Assembly (NCBI GenBank): GCA_013265495.1
Contig: MU058423.1
Coordinates: forward strand, 8,355,627-8,419,626
DNA: 64,000 nucleotides
Reading direction: 5' to 3'
Origin: Vicugna vicugna
Lineage: Eukaryota
Shown here: in pieces, positions 24,851-38,527 of the stretch
How positions within the stretch are numbered: position 1 is the stretch's first letter
How the letters are laid out: each line of letters starts with the position of its first letter
Notes under the pieces: model-generated
Database searches by the model: none
The model's input: only the letters and a program-made list of their open reading frames with translations
What the model was told of the DNA's origin: nothing
Position numbers and translations under genes: made by a program

Positions 24851-26879
24851 CAACAAATGGTGGCCCGCTCTCCTCTGTCCTTTTTTCCTCTACAGAGCTT
24901 TTCTTGACCTGTGGTTGCCATTTCTCTATTTTTCTCTGCAGTGGTGACCACAGAAATACTTATTTGCCACCAGTTGGTTGATAATAAGCTAACACCAAAG
25001 AATGTGCAGTTCTGTTGTTGCTGCTGCTGCTTCTACTGGTGGAAGAAGTTTTTCCCTGAGTCAGTGACAAGCTGAGGCCCAGAGGAAGTGAGTGACAGCA
25101 GCTGCTCCATCTGCAGGGAGCCAGCTCGGGACCGCCTCCAGAATGATGGTCCCTGGCTTGTCTCATTTTTAGGAAACTAGCACCCAGAGGACTAAATCTT
25201 ACTCAGTTTAAGTTCCCTACTCCTTCTGCCAAAGTCTATAGATTCATAATTTCTTTAAGACGATCATAAAGTATATTTCTTTTATCATATAACTGTAAAA
25301 TTCTACAGACTGAGTTACCATGTAGAAACACCTGTATGCATAATTCTGCAATTTGATTATTGAAACTCTCAGCATTTCTAATTCCTCACACACTGACCAC
25401 TAGCTTGAGCCACAACCGTCTGCTTAACAGATATTTTAAAAGCTATTGTGGCTTACCACAGCACCTTGAAGGGGGGTTTCTATTATTATACTGAAGTCTA
25501 TCATCTGGTACGTTCAGAACTACCTTTTTTTTTTTTAATGTAGAATAGTTTTAAAGTCAGTCATCCTGAAGCTCTTGCTTTTAGTTTGTTAGTAATTCTG
25601 CCTCAGACAGGATGTACTTCAGGTGAAAAGAAAAAGACAGTAAAGGAACTTCCAGGAGTTTATTTCTCTGAAACCATTTTAAGAAGCAATAAATTTTTAC
25701 TGCTTTTTTCCCAAGAACTCAGACTAGTTTTTAGTAAATGCTATAAAGAAAATGTATATAATTTTAAGAAAACACCCAGTATGTTAGGCTCTATTTGCTA
25801 GGAACTGATGACTTGATAATTTTTTAGTGAGGAAGGAAAATCCTACAGGGGGACTTCATGTGCACTAAGAAAATAGAAACAAGTTTATTAAATTAGGCAA
25901 ACCTTCTTTGCATGAAACCATTTTAAGGAATACAAAGTAAATGCTTTCAAGGAGACAACCTAGTTGGAATGCAGCCTTTTATTTGCCTATTCAGTTGTGG
26001 GAGAAAAACTAATTTAAGTGCAGTATGCTGTGTTATTTATTTATGTATTTATTGGTTTATTTATTTATTTATTTATTTCTAGGAAGGATGATATTAGTGA
26101 TGTCGAAAGCAGAAAAACAAAGTTTTTCTTCTGCATGTCGTCTCCCATTTTTTCATTAAGTACTTTCCATAATGAAAATGGTACATGTTCCACGTTCCCA
26201 TTTCACTGCTAAAGGCAGTCAGTACATACAACAGGTTAGCCAGGCCATTATTAATGCTTTTTGCACTTTAAGCATTTTCTCTACATGATAGTACTTTGAA
26301 TATTTGGTGGGGTTTTTTTTCTTTTTTTATGTTGGGAATATAAAGCAAAACCGTGACGTACTTTACTTCCACTGACAGTAAATATTTTGCATCAGAATCC
26401 TTTTTACCTTTTATCTCTGGTGAGTTCCAGTGGAATAGAATATTTTACATTTGCTAAACTAACACATAGTTGTCTCAAATTTTAAGTATCAGAAAAGTAG
26501 AGTTCTTTCTTTATTTGGCAAAGAAATCCCTCTAAGTGTGTAGTAGCTAGGACTCAGTTTAAATGTGTCCTTTGTATCTTCTGTATCACTTGGCTTTGTC
26601 TCCAGAGGACCAGACATTAGAAAATTCCATGTGTCCTTTGAATGTCTTGATATAAAGAAATAACTGATCGTCAAGATGATTTCTGCCACTTCAGTTTTTC
26701 TCATTAGAGTATATGTTAAAGTGCCTTATGTGAATAATTACTCTTTTTAATAGAGTACTCTCTCTATAACCTTTGATTTCTGTAGTACACATCAGAGACG
26801 AGGTATCTACCTACTTGCCACAAACACCGCACGTGGGATCCCTTGCAATGAAGAGAAGATTTAACTAGGTAACCTTTCC

Positions 26880-27060
26880 TAACATTCCATAATAGCAAGG
26901 AAATGACAAGGTTTTCATCTATTATCTTATTTTATTTTTCTAACATTCCTCTGAAGTAGAGGAGCAAGCACACTTTCTCTCATCTTACAGCTGAAAGACA
27001 AGAGCTGCAACTTCCCCCATATCATATTCCTTGTCGGTCTGGAACCTAAACCTTCATTTT
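26880..27060 (-). mobile_element. MIR fragment
   Basis: ctcatcttacagctgaaagacaagagctgcaacttccccc...ctggaacctaaacc. Confidence 0.5.
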
Positions 27061-27959
27061 CTGATTTTCTCTCCTTACAGAATAACCAAAGTAGCTTGTA
27101 AACAACTTGTCTTTCTATTATCTGAACTTTCTGAAATGACCTTTCACTTCCTAAACTCTTTGTTGTCTTTTTTCCCACTAGCAATGCTGCTTCTATAACA
27201 TGCTGACAGAGCTATGAGGTTGTGCTGATCATCTGACTATAGATGAACCATTAAAGTAAGTCAGTGGGAAATATTTTAAAAATAGAACTGAATCTTCAAC
27301 TTAAAATCTGCATAGTTAACCATGCAAGGAAATGATTTATCACATTTATTTGTGATCACTGAATTAAATCCTCATGACAGTTAACACCATACCTTCTTTT
27401 GATAAAAACAACATTACATTTTGCAGTTCTTTACCACAAATTTGAAATTGAAACATGTAAAAAGGGGTTTCCAGGATCGAATGAGCGGTAAGGGCATTAA
27501 AAGACATTGCAGGATGCTGATTAAGTGTAGTCTGGGCATCATTTTACAAATATAAACTATTTGAGATACTCTAAGTTCTTTGTAATCAAATGCATTAACT
27601 TTCCAAACTTAAACATCATAATAACAAAACAGCAGTGCTATTTTAAGCAGAACTTTTCATGTTAGGAATTAGTTGTTTTACTATCCCAGAGATACATCTG
27701 GAACAGGGTCTAGTTCACAATAACTACTCAATAAATATTTGTTGAATGAATAAATAAATAAGTCTCAAGTTCTGGAGAGAAGTGTGGGATGCAGACATAG
27801 ATTTGAGGATCACAGCTAAAAAGAAGGGAGCTGAATTCATGCCAGGTGGATGAAAGAAGAGTGTGCAGGGTAAGAAGTTCTCAATAATGCACATAGATGA
27901 GAAGTATGAACTTGCATAGGAAGAGATAAAATTATGATGATAATGATATTATGTCATCT

Positions 27960-29060
27960 ATAATTGGAGTTCAGTAAGGTAATCAGAACAAAAAATATAT
28001 AAAAATCAATAACTGTCAGACGCAAAAGATAATTTAGAAAATGTAAAGGAAATTGCATTATATTATAATAGCATATATATGTAAATACATAGAAATAAAT
28101 TTCACAAAAATAAACAGGACTTAACATGAAAAAATTATAAATCTCCACTAAAAGACACACACACAAAACTGTGAATAATGGAGAGCTAACCCCAAATTAG
28201 ATGATAAACGTTGCGATCAAAATTCTAATGGCTCACTATGCACCTATTAGGATAGCCAAAATCCAAAGCACCAACACCACCAAATGCTGGCGAGGATATG
28301 GAACAAAGGTAATGCTCATTCATTGCTGGTAGAACTGCAAAATGGTATAGTCACTTTGGAATATCATTTGGCACTTTCTTACAAAACTAAATACATTTTT
28401 AACATACAATCCAGTAATTGAGCTCCTTGGTATCTACCCAGAGGGGGTGAAAACTTATGTCCACACAAAAATCTCCACACAGAGGCATATGACAGCTTTA
28501 TCCATAATTGTTAAAATGTGGAAACAACCAAGATGTCTTTCAGTAGATGAATGGATAAACACACTGTGGTACATCAGACAATTGAATATTATTCAGTGCT
28601 AAAGGGAAATGATCTATTAAGTCATGAAAAGACGTGGAAAAAACTTAAATGCATATCACTAAGTGAAAGAAGCCCATCTGAAAGGGCTACATATAGAAAA
28701 GATAAACATGACTGTACCGTGTAGCACAGGGAAATGTATACAGGATCTTGTGGTGGCTCACAGCGAAAGAGTATAACAATGAAAGTATGTATGTTCATGT
28801 ATAGCTGAAAAATTGTGCTCTACACTGGAATTGGACACAACATTGTAAAATGATTATAACTCAATAAAAATGTTTATACAAAAAAAATGAAAGGGCTACA
28901 TACTGTAGTATTTCAAAAATATGATATTCTGGATAAAGTAAAACTATAGAAACAGTACGAAGATCAGTAGTTGTCAGGGATTGGGAGGAGGGAGATGGAA
29001 GTTTTAGGGCAGTGAAACTATCCTGTATGATACTGTAAGAGTGAATACATGCCATTATAT
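27960..29060 (+). mobile_element. Old L1 (L1MC/MD-type) 3' region
   Basis: cacctattaggatagccaaaatccaaagcaccaacaccaccaaatgctggcgaggat...tagggcagtgaaactatcctgtatgatactgtaa. Confidence 0.85.
28694..28887 (+). mobile_element. Short, severely 5'-truncated young L1 (3' UTR end only) inserted in the older L1
   Basis: gtagcacagggaa...acacaacattgtaaaatgattataactcaataaaaa plus A tail; perfect 15-bp TSD TGAAAGGGCTACATA at 28679-28693 and 28888-28902. Confidence 0.9.
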
Positions 29061-29146
29061 ATATATATATATAAAATAGTATTTATACTATATTTATATT
29101 ATATATAGTATTTATTTATAGTATTATAATATAGCGTGTGTGTGTA

Positions 29147-29182
<36 letters not shown>

Positions 29183-29190
29183 ATAAATAT
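29056..29190. repeat. Compound (TA)n/(TG)n low-complexity repeat
   Basis: Seen directly. Confidence 0.9.
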
Positions 29191-29579
29191 AAAATGATCC
29201 CACTTGGGTTAAAAATACGTATGCACAGTTGTGATCAGAAAAAAGATAAAAGAAGTAATTCTCTTTGAGGAGTGAGGTTACAGATGAGCAGGAAAGGGTA
29301 CTTAGTCTTGCTGCGTCACATACTTCTCCACTGTGCACTGCATAAACTACACTTGTAACTTAAATGATAACCAAAATGACCTTGGGAATGTTATATACGT
29401 AATCATGACAATCTGATACAAGACAGATGGATGCTAGACCGAGAAACAAATTACTGAGCACAGGCAAAGCCAGACATAAAAGTTCAGGCTATGAACCTAG
29501 GTTTTTCCATTCCCCAGTTCACAATCACAGAACAGGTGAAGTCCAAGGAACACAGCCCAATGTTGATGGTGATGATGAC

Positions 29580-29820
29580 GACACCAGTGACTGCCACTTA
29601 GTGATGGCTTATCATGTGCCAAGTGTTGAGCCAGATGCTTTGTATGTTTTCTCTGATTTAATTCTCACAATCCTTTAAGGCTATAAATGAGGAAACTGAA
29701 GTTAAGAGAATATAAGTCTTTTGCCCAAAGTCACAATGTTAGTAAGAGCCAGAACCAGAATTAAGTTGAAGATGATCAAACTTCAAAGTCCATGTTCTTT
29801 TCCTTACAACAACCAAATTG
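29580..29820 (-). mobile_element. MIR SINE
   Basis: catgtgccaag...taattctcacaatcc...ataaatgaggaaactgaag...ttgcccaaagtcaca. Confidence 0.8.
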
Positions 29821-30769
29821 CTTCTCATGAAATAGAAATAGAAGGAAAAGTCAATAAAAAAAAAAACATGTCCGGCTTCAATAAAAAACATATCTTACAA
29901 GAAAATTTGACTTCTAATAGTAAGAAATTTAGTGTATTTGGATGAATAGTATTCAATTGTAACTGTAATAAGCAGAGCAAACTCATCTCTATCATACAGT
30001 TCAGCCACAGCTTTCCATGTTTCTACTTGAGCTTTACAGCAACTTTTTTCAGTAATCTGGCCTCTAGGCCAACATAGCAAATGAAGATAGAAAAACAACA
30101 TAAAATCACGTTTGCATCAGTAAAGGGCTCTCAACTGGAAAAAAACAGAATTATCCTACCCTGCATGTGTGTGAGAAGATTACATATTTGCACTCCTCAT
30201 TCCTCCATAAAAGCTAATCCAAGCTTCATTACTGCCTAGCTTCTAAACATTTACATAAACTATGGCTTTGTTATCACTTATTACTGGATTCAGCAGATTA
30301 CATGCAAAATGTGCAAAGACATGATTAAAAAAATCTTTGATCTTCTAACCAAAAGAGTAAGCAATATTAATTCATTTTGGCAAGTGTGATACATATACTT
30401 TATCGTAATTCTATTTTGCATTTGAGATTACCACACTCCAATAGCTATTCTTCATTAATGAAGATTTGTTGCTATGTAATTTCACTGCAGCTCTATGTAA
30501 TAATATCCTTGCTAGATAACTGGTTAGATTTGGTGTGAATTTTTTTTATAATATAATCATATTCTTTATAAAATATAAATTTTACCATCATGGTATGTGA
30601 TTCTGCAAAGCTCATAGACAGAAATATCACTGAGAACTCCATAAATGGGAAGAGTGAAAAATCTTCAAATTGAATTAGAAATAATCTTCAAATTCAAAAG
30701 CCTTCTGTATTTCTGTTAATACTAATTATGTGAAGCCAAAAAAGAAAAAAAAAACCTCCCAAATCTTAT

Positions 30770-32330
30770 TGAGAGATAGATTTACACATAAATAATTATA
30801 ACATAAAGAAGAATGCACATGAATGTTGCAACAGAAGAAGAAGTGGCATGCCAATTATTCCTGAAAGGATCCTGGAAGACTTCATGGAAAAGATATCATT
30901 TGAATTCATCTTTGATGAATGGGCAGGATCAGGAAGTGGAGAGGAAGGCACGGGGTGGAATAGGACCTAAAAGGCATAGAGTCTTGAATGCCAGCCTAGT
31001 GGTGAATCTTTATTCTGCAATAAATAGAAAGCTACCTGAGCTCAGAGGTAATTTGATCAGAGCTATGAGGAGTACTCTGAGAGGGCTGTGAGGGGGACAT
31101 AAGATTAAGAGAAAATTATGGCGGCAAAACCAGTGGTGAAGTTACTTCAATGATTTGTCTGTCTGTCCCCCCAGAGACTCGTCATGCGCACATCCAGGCA
31201 AGACATCATGTTTTCCACAACTTGATATTCTCCAAGCCGCACATGTTTAACAAGTGCTGCTGAAGGCACGGGTTCTTGTAGCAAATGGCCATGGGAGTGA
31301 AGAGACATGAAAGAGAGACAGTGTAACTGAGGAGGTAACATTGTAAAGAGATGTTAGCTGGTTGGATGTAGATGCCAAGGGAGACAAAGGAATGAAATCA
31401 TTACTCAGTTTACCCTAATACAAATTTACTGAGCACTTACTATGTATCAGGATGTGGTAGATATTAAATATATAAATATGAATTAATATCTGGTCCTTAC
31501 TGTTAGAAAACTAGGGGTGACAGTTAAGTGAATAGACAAACAATAATATAGATGGTAAATAAAAAATGGAATAATTTTGTGTATATGTGTGTATATGCAA
31601 TAATATGTGTCCAAAGTCACAAATAGCAAAGAAAGAAGCAGTTTATTTTGTCTGGGGAGAGCAAAGGAAGACTCCATTGAGCAGATGGTGGGTGAGTGGA
31701 ACTTTGGAGAATAGAGTTTTCAAGGTAAGGGGTACAGGAGCCCATCGCACACAGAGGAATTAACATTTTTAAGTATCTGGAGGTCTCAAGAAACTTCTCT
31801 CCTATGTGTGTGTATGTATGTGTACATATGTGGCAAAAGCATAAATTACAACAGGGAGCCAGGAACTAATGGGAAATGGGATTAGAGAGCTGGGTAGGGG
31901 AGAAAAATCTCTGCATTGCAAGGTAAAGAGCATGAACTTTATTCTGTGTGTAGAAGGGAGTCAGTGAAGGTTTTTAAGCTGTGTAGCTGCTGGTAGATCT
32001 ACCCATTAGTAAAGGGCAGATGGGAAACATGTTGAAGAAAGCTTGGTGAATGGATAGGGAGGAAGGGAGGAAGGTGGGACTGAGAGGAGAATGGGAATGA
32101 ATGGTAAAGAGTCAACGGCAACAGATCAGACGAAAGATAATGAAGTCCTTCAAAGACAGTGATAATAGGGAAAGAATAGATAGATAAAATAGAGATATTT
32201 CAGTGATAAAATTGGACAAATTCAGTGGCATGGGATGTGAAGCAACCGACTCGTAAGTTTTTTGATTGAATTACTTACTGGGAGTTGTGCCACCAAATGA
32301 AGGTTCAGTGGTTTGGGGTATGCAGAGTCT
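30770..32330 (-). mobile_element. Series of L2 fragments
   Basis: caaatttactgagcacttactatgtatcagg (L2 3' end); gaactttattctgtgtgtagaagggagtcagtgaaggtttttaagc. Confidence 0.7.
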
Positions 32331-32569
32331 GAAGGCTTACCCAGGGAAGCGTTCCTGCAGACACTGAAATTTAAGCCCGTGACTTAGGGGAAATGTTAGT
32401 GCTAGTGCTCAAGTTACACACATGGAAGGAGGGTGACACTGTTAACCAAGATAATGGAATATGGCTTAGAGAGATGCAACAGTTTAGAATGAAAATTATA
32501 ATTGTTTTTGTTTGCAGTATTTGATTAGCTGGTGGAATAACCATGAGGATCTGTCTATAAGGAGTTTAG

Positions 32570-32900
32570 AAGTATGGGACTCCATACTGTGAAATACTAT
32601 GCAGCCTCTTAAAGGATCAGATTGCTTCTTATGTATCAGTTAGGGAAGATATTCATGATTTGTTATAAAGAAAAAATACAAGTTGTAGAACAATATTTAA
32701 TATGATACAGTTTTCACAACAAATATATATATAAATGCATATATGTATGAATATATTGTACACATATATGTAAATATAACCAAATAACACATACACACAT
32801 ACATAGATACACGGAAAAAATGTATGGGAGGAGGGAAGACAACTAATCTTTTACTGGATAGTCCACCGTATTCTTTGTATTATTATAATGCATATTCATT
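32570..32900 (+). mobile_element. Ancient L1ME-type 3' fragment
   Basis: ccatactgtgaaatactatgcagcc...ggaagatattcatga...caagttgtagaacaat. Confidence 0.6.
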
Positions 32901-34751
32901 GCTTTTGGTTTCTTCTTAGGGTTAAAAAAGCTGTGGAAAAAAATAAGATCGCCAAGTGAGAGTCTAGAGGGAAGAAAGAACAGGGTCAAAGGCAGGAACT
33001 TGAGACATGCTCTAAGCACAAAGATAATTTGAGAGTTAGATAGAAAGGCAAAAAAGGGGACTGAAAGATACCTGAGGGTTAACAGCCAAGAGAAGAGTGC
33101 TTAGAGAGTTGGTGTTGAAGCCTTCCCAAAAAGGTGGATACAGTGATGATCTCAAAGTGGCAGATGGGGTTGGGAGATTGGCAAGTTTTGATTAAGCAGC
33201 GTTTTGAGAGCAGGGTCAGACTGCATTTGGTGAAGCATGAGATTAAAACGAGGACATAGGGGGAGCAGTGCCCTTAGTTACCAAGCAAAGTGTTTTGGGC
33301 AAAGGGAAATCAGAGCACAATTGCAACCCAAGGCTGAGAGGCAGTGTTCTGCTAAAGGTCAGAAACACAAAAGGGGGAGGGAGTAACTGTTATTTCATCA
33401 GATCGATTTAAATTTCTTTTTGAAAGGAAATAATACTGTATACACTTTAATATTTGATTTCAAAACCAAGCATGCTTTTGTTTACATTGACTTTTGATTA
33501 TTTAAAAAATGAATTTTTAGAGCTTTTTCAACTATTTTTTTAATTCCCAACTTTACCATTTTTCAGACAAAAACAGGAACCGGAAAGAAGTGGCTGGGCC
33601 GGCTGTCTGGTGTGACGCACGCTGCCGGTCAGACAGCTAGAGTAAATGTTGTCTTGGTTCTCATAAAATGCAGTCTTCCAACACTGCATCAAACACCCTT
33701 AATCGTTCAAAGTGACAGCAAGTGTTAGAATAAACCACAACTGAACCGTTGGCAGTGAAATAACTCCACCCAAAGGTCGATTCTAAGATGCACTTGTGAG
33801 CACTGCTGTTGCATGTTTCACTGACTTCTTTGGTAGGAGTTAGACTATTTTTCTGCAAGTTACTCATCTCGTGACTACATAGACACAGACACACACATGA
33901 GTACAATGAACACAACCATTTAAATACACATTTGGTTATTCACGTGGGGATTATGCAAGGCAAATTTTAGTCCTTAGACAGTTTCCTTCCTCATCATCCA
34001 TCAGAAACCTATCAACATTGCCATGTGTTTAGGAGATGCATGTTAATTTTAAATTTTAAATGTTAACAGCCTAAAAAAGGGAAAACCTATAGGGTATACC
34101 TCCTAGGGAAGATGGTAGAGCAGAACCACACACACACACACACACGCATTCTAAATCTAACTATGCATGATTTTTAAATTATCTGTGAAACTAAATTTAG
34201 ATCATTACCACTTGAGATTATACATAGTGCTGGTAGAAGGTTGGAAGAATATTTAACACAGAAGTATTCTATCAAATTTCCTTCCCAAAACAAATCAATC
34301 TTACCCCATAACCTTGAACCAAAAGACTATAGAAAGTACACGCTGCTCCCAGAGCTCTTTTGCTATGCATTTAACTATAAGAATATGTCCTCCCCAAATA
34401 AAAAACTGTCAAAAATTCCTGATGAACATCTTCCATGGTAGTCTCACCCCTGGTTGGAGTTTACAGTGTAAAAGTGCGTAAGGAAATGGAGTTGGAAAAG
34501 ATAGAGTGGGCAGGTTATGGAAAACCTTGCACAAAACATTTAATATTTTAGCGTTATGTCAGGCACTACTTGCCATCTTTAGGTCTGCAGACCCTCCTCT
34601 CCTCCATCACTATTGGCTTTCTATTGACACATTTACTTTATTATTTTATAATTATCATTCATGGCGCTATCTCTCCTTCCCAGATTACAGGCAATCTGAA
34701 GAGCAGGAAAAATGTCTTTGTTCACAAATCTTTTTGTCCTGGAGTCTAGCA

Positions 34752-34906
34752 GAGTGACTGAACTCAATAAGTGCTCAAAGGAATGAACACATGGAATGAC
34801 GCATGTATGTGTGAACACAAGTGGTATGAGTGATTGAACTCAATAAGTGCTCAAAGGAATTAACACAAAGGAATAAACACATGTATGTGTGAATACAAGG
34901 CTATGA
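34752..34906. repeat. Diverged 76-bp tandem duplication at an L2 3' end
   Basis: GAGTGA(C/T)TGAACTCAATAAGTGCTCAAAGGAAT starts at 34752 and 34828. Confidence 0.9.
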
Positions 34907-35509
34907 AAGTAGCTCTGAAACGAAGAGACGTTTCAGATAAAATTGGCAGGACTGCACTCCGGACTCTCCTGTGATTCTTTTTTTTCCTTTCTTAAAATTA
35001 GATTGATATTCATTTTGGCATTGCCTAAAATATCTCTGTCTTTAGTTCTGACCACAAAAGTAATATGGACCATGAGGGCCAGCACCGAAGCATGGTCCAT
35101 GGGTCCAAGCCTAATTAATGAAGGTTGTAGTCTCTTGGAACAACAGGGAGAGGAGAGAATAAACTCTGTGTAAGGAGAAACAGTGAGATTCACAACTGAA
35201 TGAACCAAAACCGTCGTTAAAGTCTTTGAGGCAAGTCCTAAGACAGAAACGGGAGCTAAAGGCAATTTGCATTCTAGGTAAACGCAGTAGGGTAACAAAA
35301 ACGAGGGAAAGCAGGAGAGAAGAGGGCCCAGGACTTGGGATGTGATGAGGGCTGCTTCCCTGAAGTTCCTTCCCTTTAGGTGCAGCCATGCAGCTCGGGT
35401 AGGGGGCATGACAGGGTCAGGACATAAATACTCTCTCAGCTTCGTTTCTAGTTTCCTAAGGTCTCATCTTCACCCAGGGGTGTCATTCAGTGAAGCATGC
35501 TTCATCAGT

Positions 35510-36370
35510 TTATGAAAGAAACATGTTTTGTTGCCTGTGGGGTACCTACCAGGCGCTAAATGAGTGCAGCGAGAACACACAACTGTGAAGGAGCCACAGT
35601 CCGTTTCTGGTCTGAAAGGAAAAACAGACATATGAACAAGTAATGAGGGCAAGTAAACAGGCTAGGAAGTATGTATACATCTTATGGGAGTTTAGAGGAA
35701 ATGTCTGAGTTTACTTGGGGATGATGATGACTCGGATGGGAAGATCTTTAGGAAAAATTCAATAAAACAAAGTCTGGGAGGCTGGAGGAGAAGTTTAGCT
35801 GTCAAACTAAGAAAACAAAAGTGATAAAAGCAGCTATAAAAATTAACTAATTAACAATCAGTGCATAAAAATCTGAGGTACATGAAAAAGTAGGATATAT
35901 TCAGAATTCAGGTAGAAAGGGAAGAAATGGTGGGATATATGGCTGGAACTGCAGCTAGTGCCCTAAACTTGATACCCTATGAGACCTACTAAAATTAATC
36001 AAAACTGGAAGACAAGTTAGGTGGTGAGAAATACAGACACTATGCATTTGAACCAAGACGCGGGCAAGGGGGAACAAAGAGAAAGTCACAGATTTTGAAA
36101 GCAACTTGGAGGCAGAATTGACAGAGTTTGGAGCTATGACTGTATGTGTGGGGTGAAGTATGGGATAGTCATACGAGTCCTGGGTTTCTGGACTGGGTGG
36201 CCAGATTGGATGCGGGTGTACCTATCAAGATTAAGAAAACAGGAGAAGTAGCAGCTGTGCACATGATGAGATTGGTTTTGGATGTATGCGTAAAATTAAA
36301 CTCATGGACTTGAAAAACCATATGAAGAGGCCAATATGTAGTTGAAAATATGATTGGGTCATGACCTGAA
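35510..36370 (-). mobile_element. L2 fragments
   Basis: gtacctaccaggcgctaaatg...; ggaggcagaattgacagagtttgg...gggtttctggactgggtgg. Confidence 0.65.
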
Positions 36371-36689
36371 CACCCTTCTCTACTTCTGCCAAGATCGTGG
36401 ATGCATTCTTGGCTTTTCGTACTGACAAGCCCATGCACACATTACTTATTCACAAATGTTCATCATATCTTTCACTCTTCAGGGAGAATATACAGGTTTT
36501 TATTGATTCTTGTTTAATGCCTTCGTCAAAATAAGAGCATTTGGCTAGAGGAAGCATAAACTCCCTTCTAACGTTCTGATCTCTATGTTTGGGTAACAAT
36601 GTATGTCTTTAACACAATTCTAAAATCCGAAAATAAGAAGAGGTAAAAATATACATTTTTTGCTTTTCCCTACATATAGATAAAAGACA

Positions 36690-37060
36690 TTCTTTTTTCT
36701 GGCTTCCCAGCATTTACATCTCCAGTTTCCTTTTGGGAAATTACCTGTGCATAGCTTCAAGATCAGAATTGAGACTTAGGCAGTCTAGCACGTGAGGTAG
36801 GTTAATCAGATGCTCTCTCATGGGATTTTGTATTCCACAAGCAATATGAGGGCAGGGGACAGGGCAGTATTGCAGTGGCACTGTGATCAGGCCATCCAGT
36901 GATGAAGCAGTAACTGTGGGGCTGTTTCTGCCTTTTTGACTCTAGTGACCTTTTGGTTCCCATCTATTTCCAAGCCTCCCATTCTCCAACCTTCTGCTCG
37001 TTCTGTGAGCCTGGTGTCCTCTCAATAAATCCCCTCTGCTTCAATTAGCTAATTCTGCCA
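36690..37060 (+). mobile_element. Old ERVL-class LTR (LTR33/LTR41-like)
   Basis: ttctgtgagcc...tcaataaatcccctctgcttcaattagcta, typical polyA-signal region of ERVL LTRs. Confidence 0.55.
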
Positions 37061-38527
37061 CTTATTTGATAGGAAACCTGGCTGAACATCAGATTAAATT
37101 AAGTTATCCAACCAAAAGGAAAATACTGGATTTTTATTTCCTAACTAATTGAAATAATGATTACTACTGAAGCCACTGAATGTAATCAATGTCTGGAATC
37201 AGAAAAGATTTCAAAATGAGTTCTTTTGAAGAGAATTTTATTAGCTTATCTTTAATTTGTATTAAACACATTCCTTCCTATCTGTCTGGTTATATGATCT
37301 TTATAGTAAGTTGAACAGAGGAAAGATTTTACTAGTAAAACCCAAGTTGATTAAGGAGTAATTTCAGTAGGTTTTTTTTTCATTTAGTTTTACATTGTAA
37401 AAGATTTATTTTTCTGTAGATAAGTATCTGAAAGGAAAGATATATTATTCTTACTCCTTTGGTAACATTTACTGAGTGGTTATTGCATGCAAAACAATGC
37501 GCTAGATGTTCAAAGAGTATTCTGTTTCATCATTGTGTATTTTAAAGCATTTAGTAGATGCTTATATAGTAAGTTTCTGTCCTTTTGGAGCTTACATTCT
37601 AGAGAGAGAGACGGGGGTAAAAGAGAAAAATAATTAGCAGTAAGTCATAGTAGGTACTATGAAGCACACAGACCAGGATTTGAGATGGTGCCAACAATGA
37701 GACCTGCCTTAGACACAGTGGTCAGGGAAGGCCTCCCCAAGGATGGGACTGCTGTGCTGAGACTTGGGGGATGAGAAGAGGCTGCTAGACAAAGGGTGTG
37801 GAGAAGTGCATCCTGGTGCCACCAGTCACACTCTGTGGGACTCTGGGCAATTTATTCAACCCCTCTGTGCCACTGTTTCCTCATCTGTAAGAGAGCACGA
37901 GAGCACCTACTCCGTACTGCAGGTGTCAGGGTTAAATGTGCGCACATATGGAGGGTGCTTAGACCACTGCTTAGCGTGTAGCAAGAGCAAAATAAATGCC
38001 AGTTATTCATACTCCTCCAAAAAGGCGGACCGGCACGTACAAAGGCCCAAGGCAGGAAAGCTCTTTGGCAGATTAATTAAACTGAAATCAGAATCGTGTG
38101 GCTGGAGCAGAGTAGCAAAGGGGCGAGTGGCACAAGACGAGGCTAGAAACCTGAACAGGGTCAGGTCACACACGGCCTGTGGTTCATAGTAAAGAGGTTT
38201 TGTCTTTTTTTTTCTCTCTTTCTTTCTTAGTGAAATGGGAAGCCACTGAAGAATTTAAGCGGAAGATTGATGTTACTGGATTTACGTTCTAAGATGATCA
38301 CTTCACCCGCTGTGTGGAGGACAGACTGGAGGGGGCAAGAGTAGAAGCAGAATGACCAGACAGGAGGGTGCTGTACAGTAGTCACGGTGGGAGATGATGG
38401 TGGCTGGGCTGAAGGGGAGACAGCAGGAAAGAAGAGAGTGGTTTCAAGATATACTTTGGAGATAGACTTGGCCGTCTTTGTGAATTCATTAAATTTGGGG
38501 AAAAGAACAAAAAGGGGGAGATCAAGG

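Noticed and set aside
34933..35409. 158-aa minus ORF with overlapping ORFs
   Set aside because: No domain or splice support; overlapping frames on both strands are typical of chance
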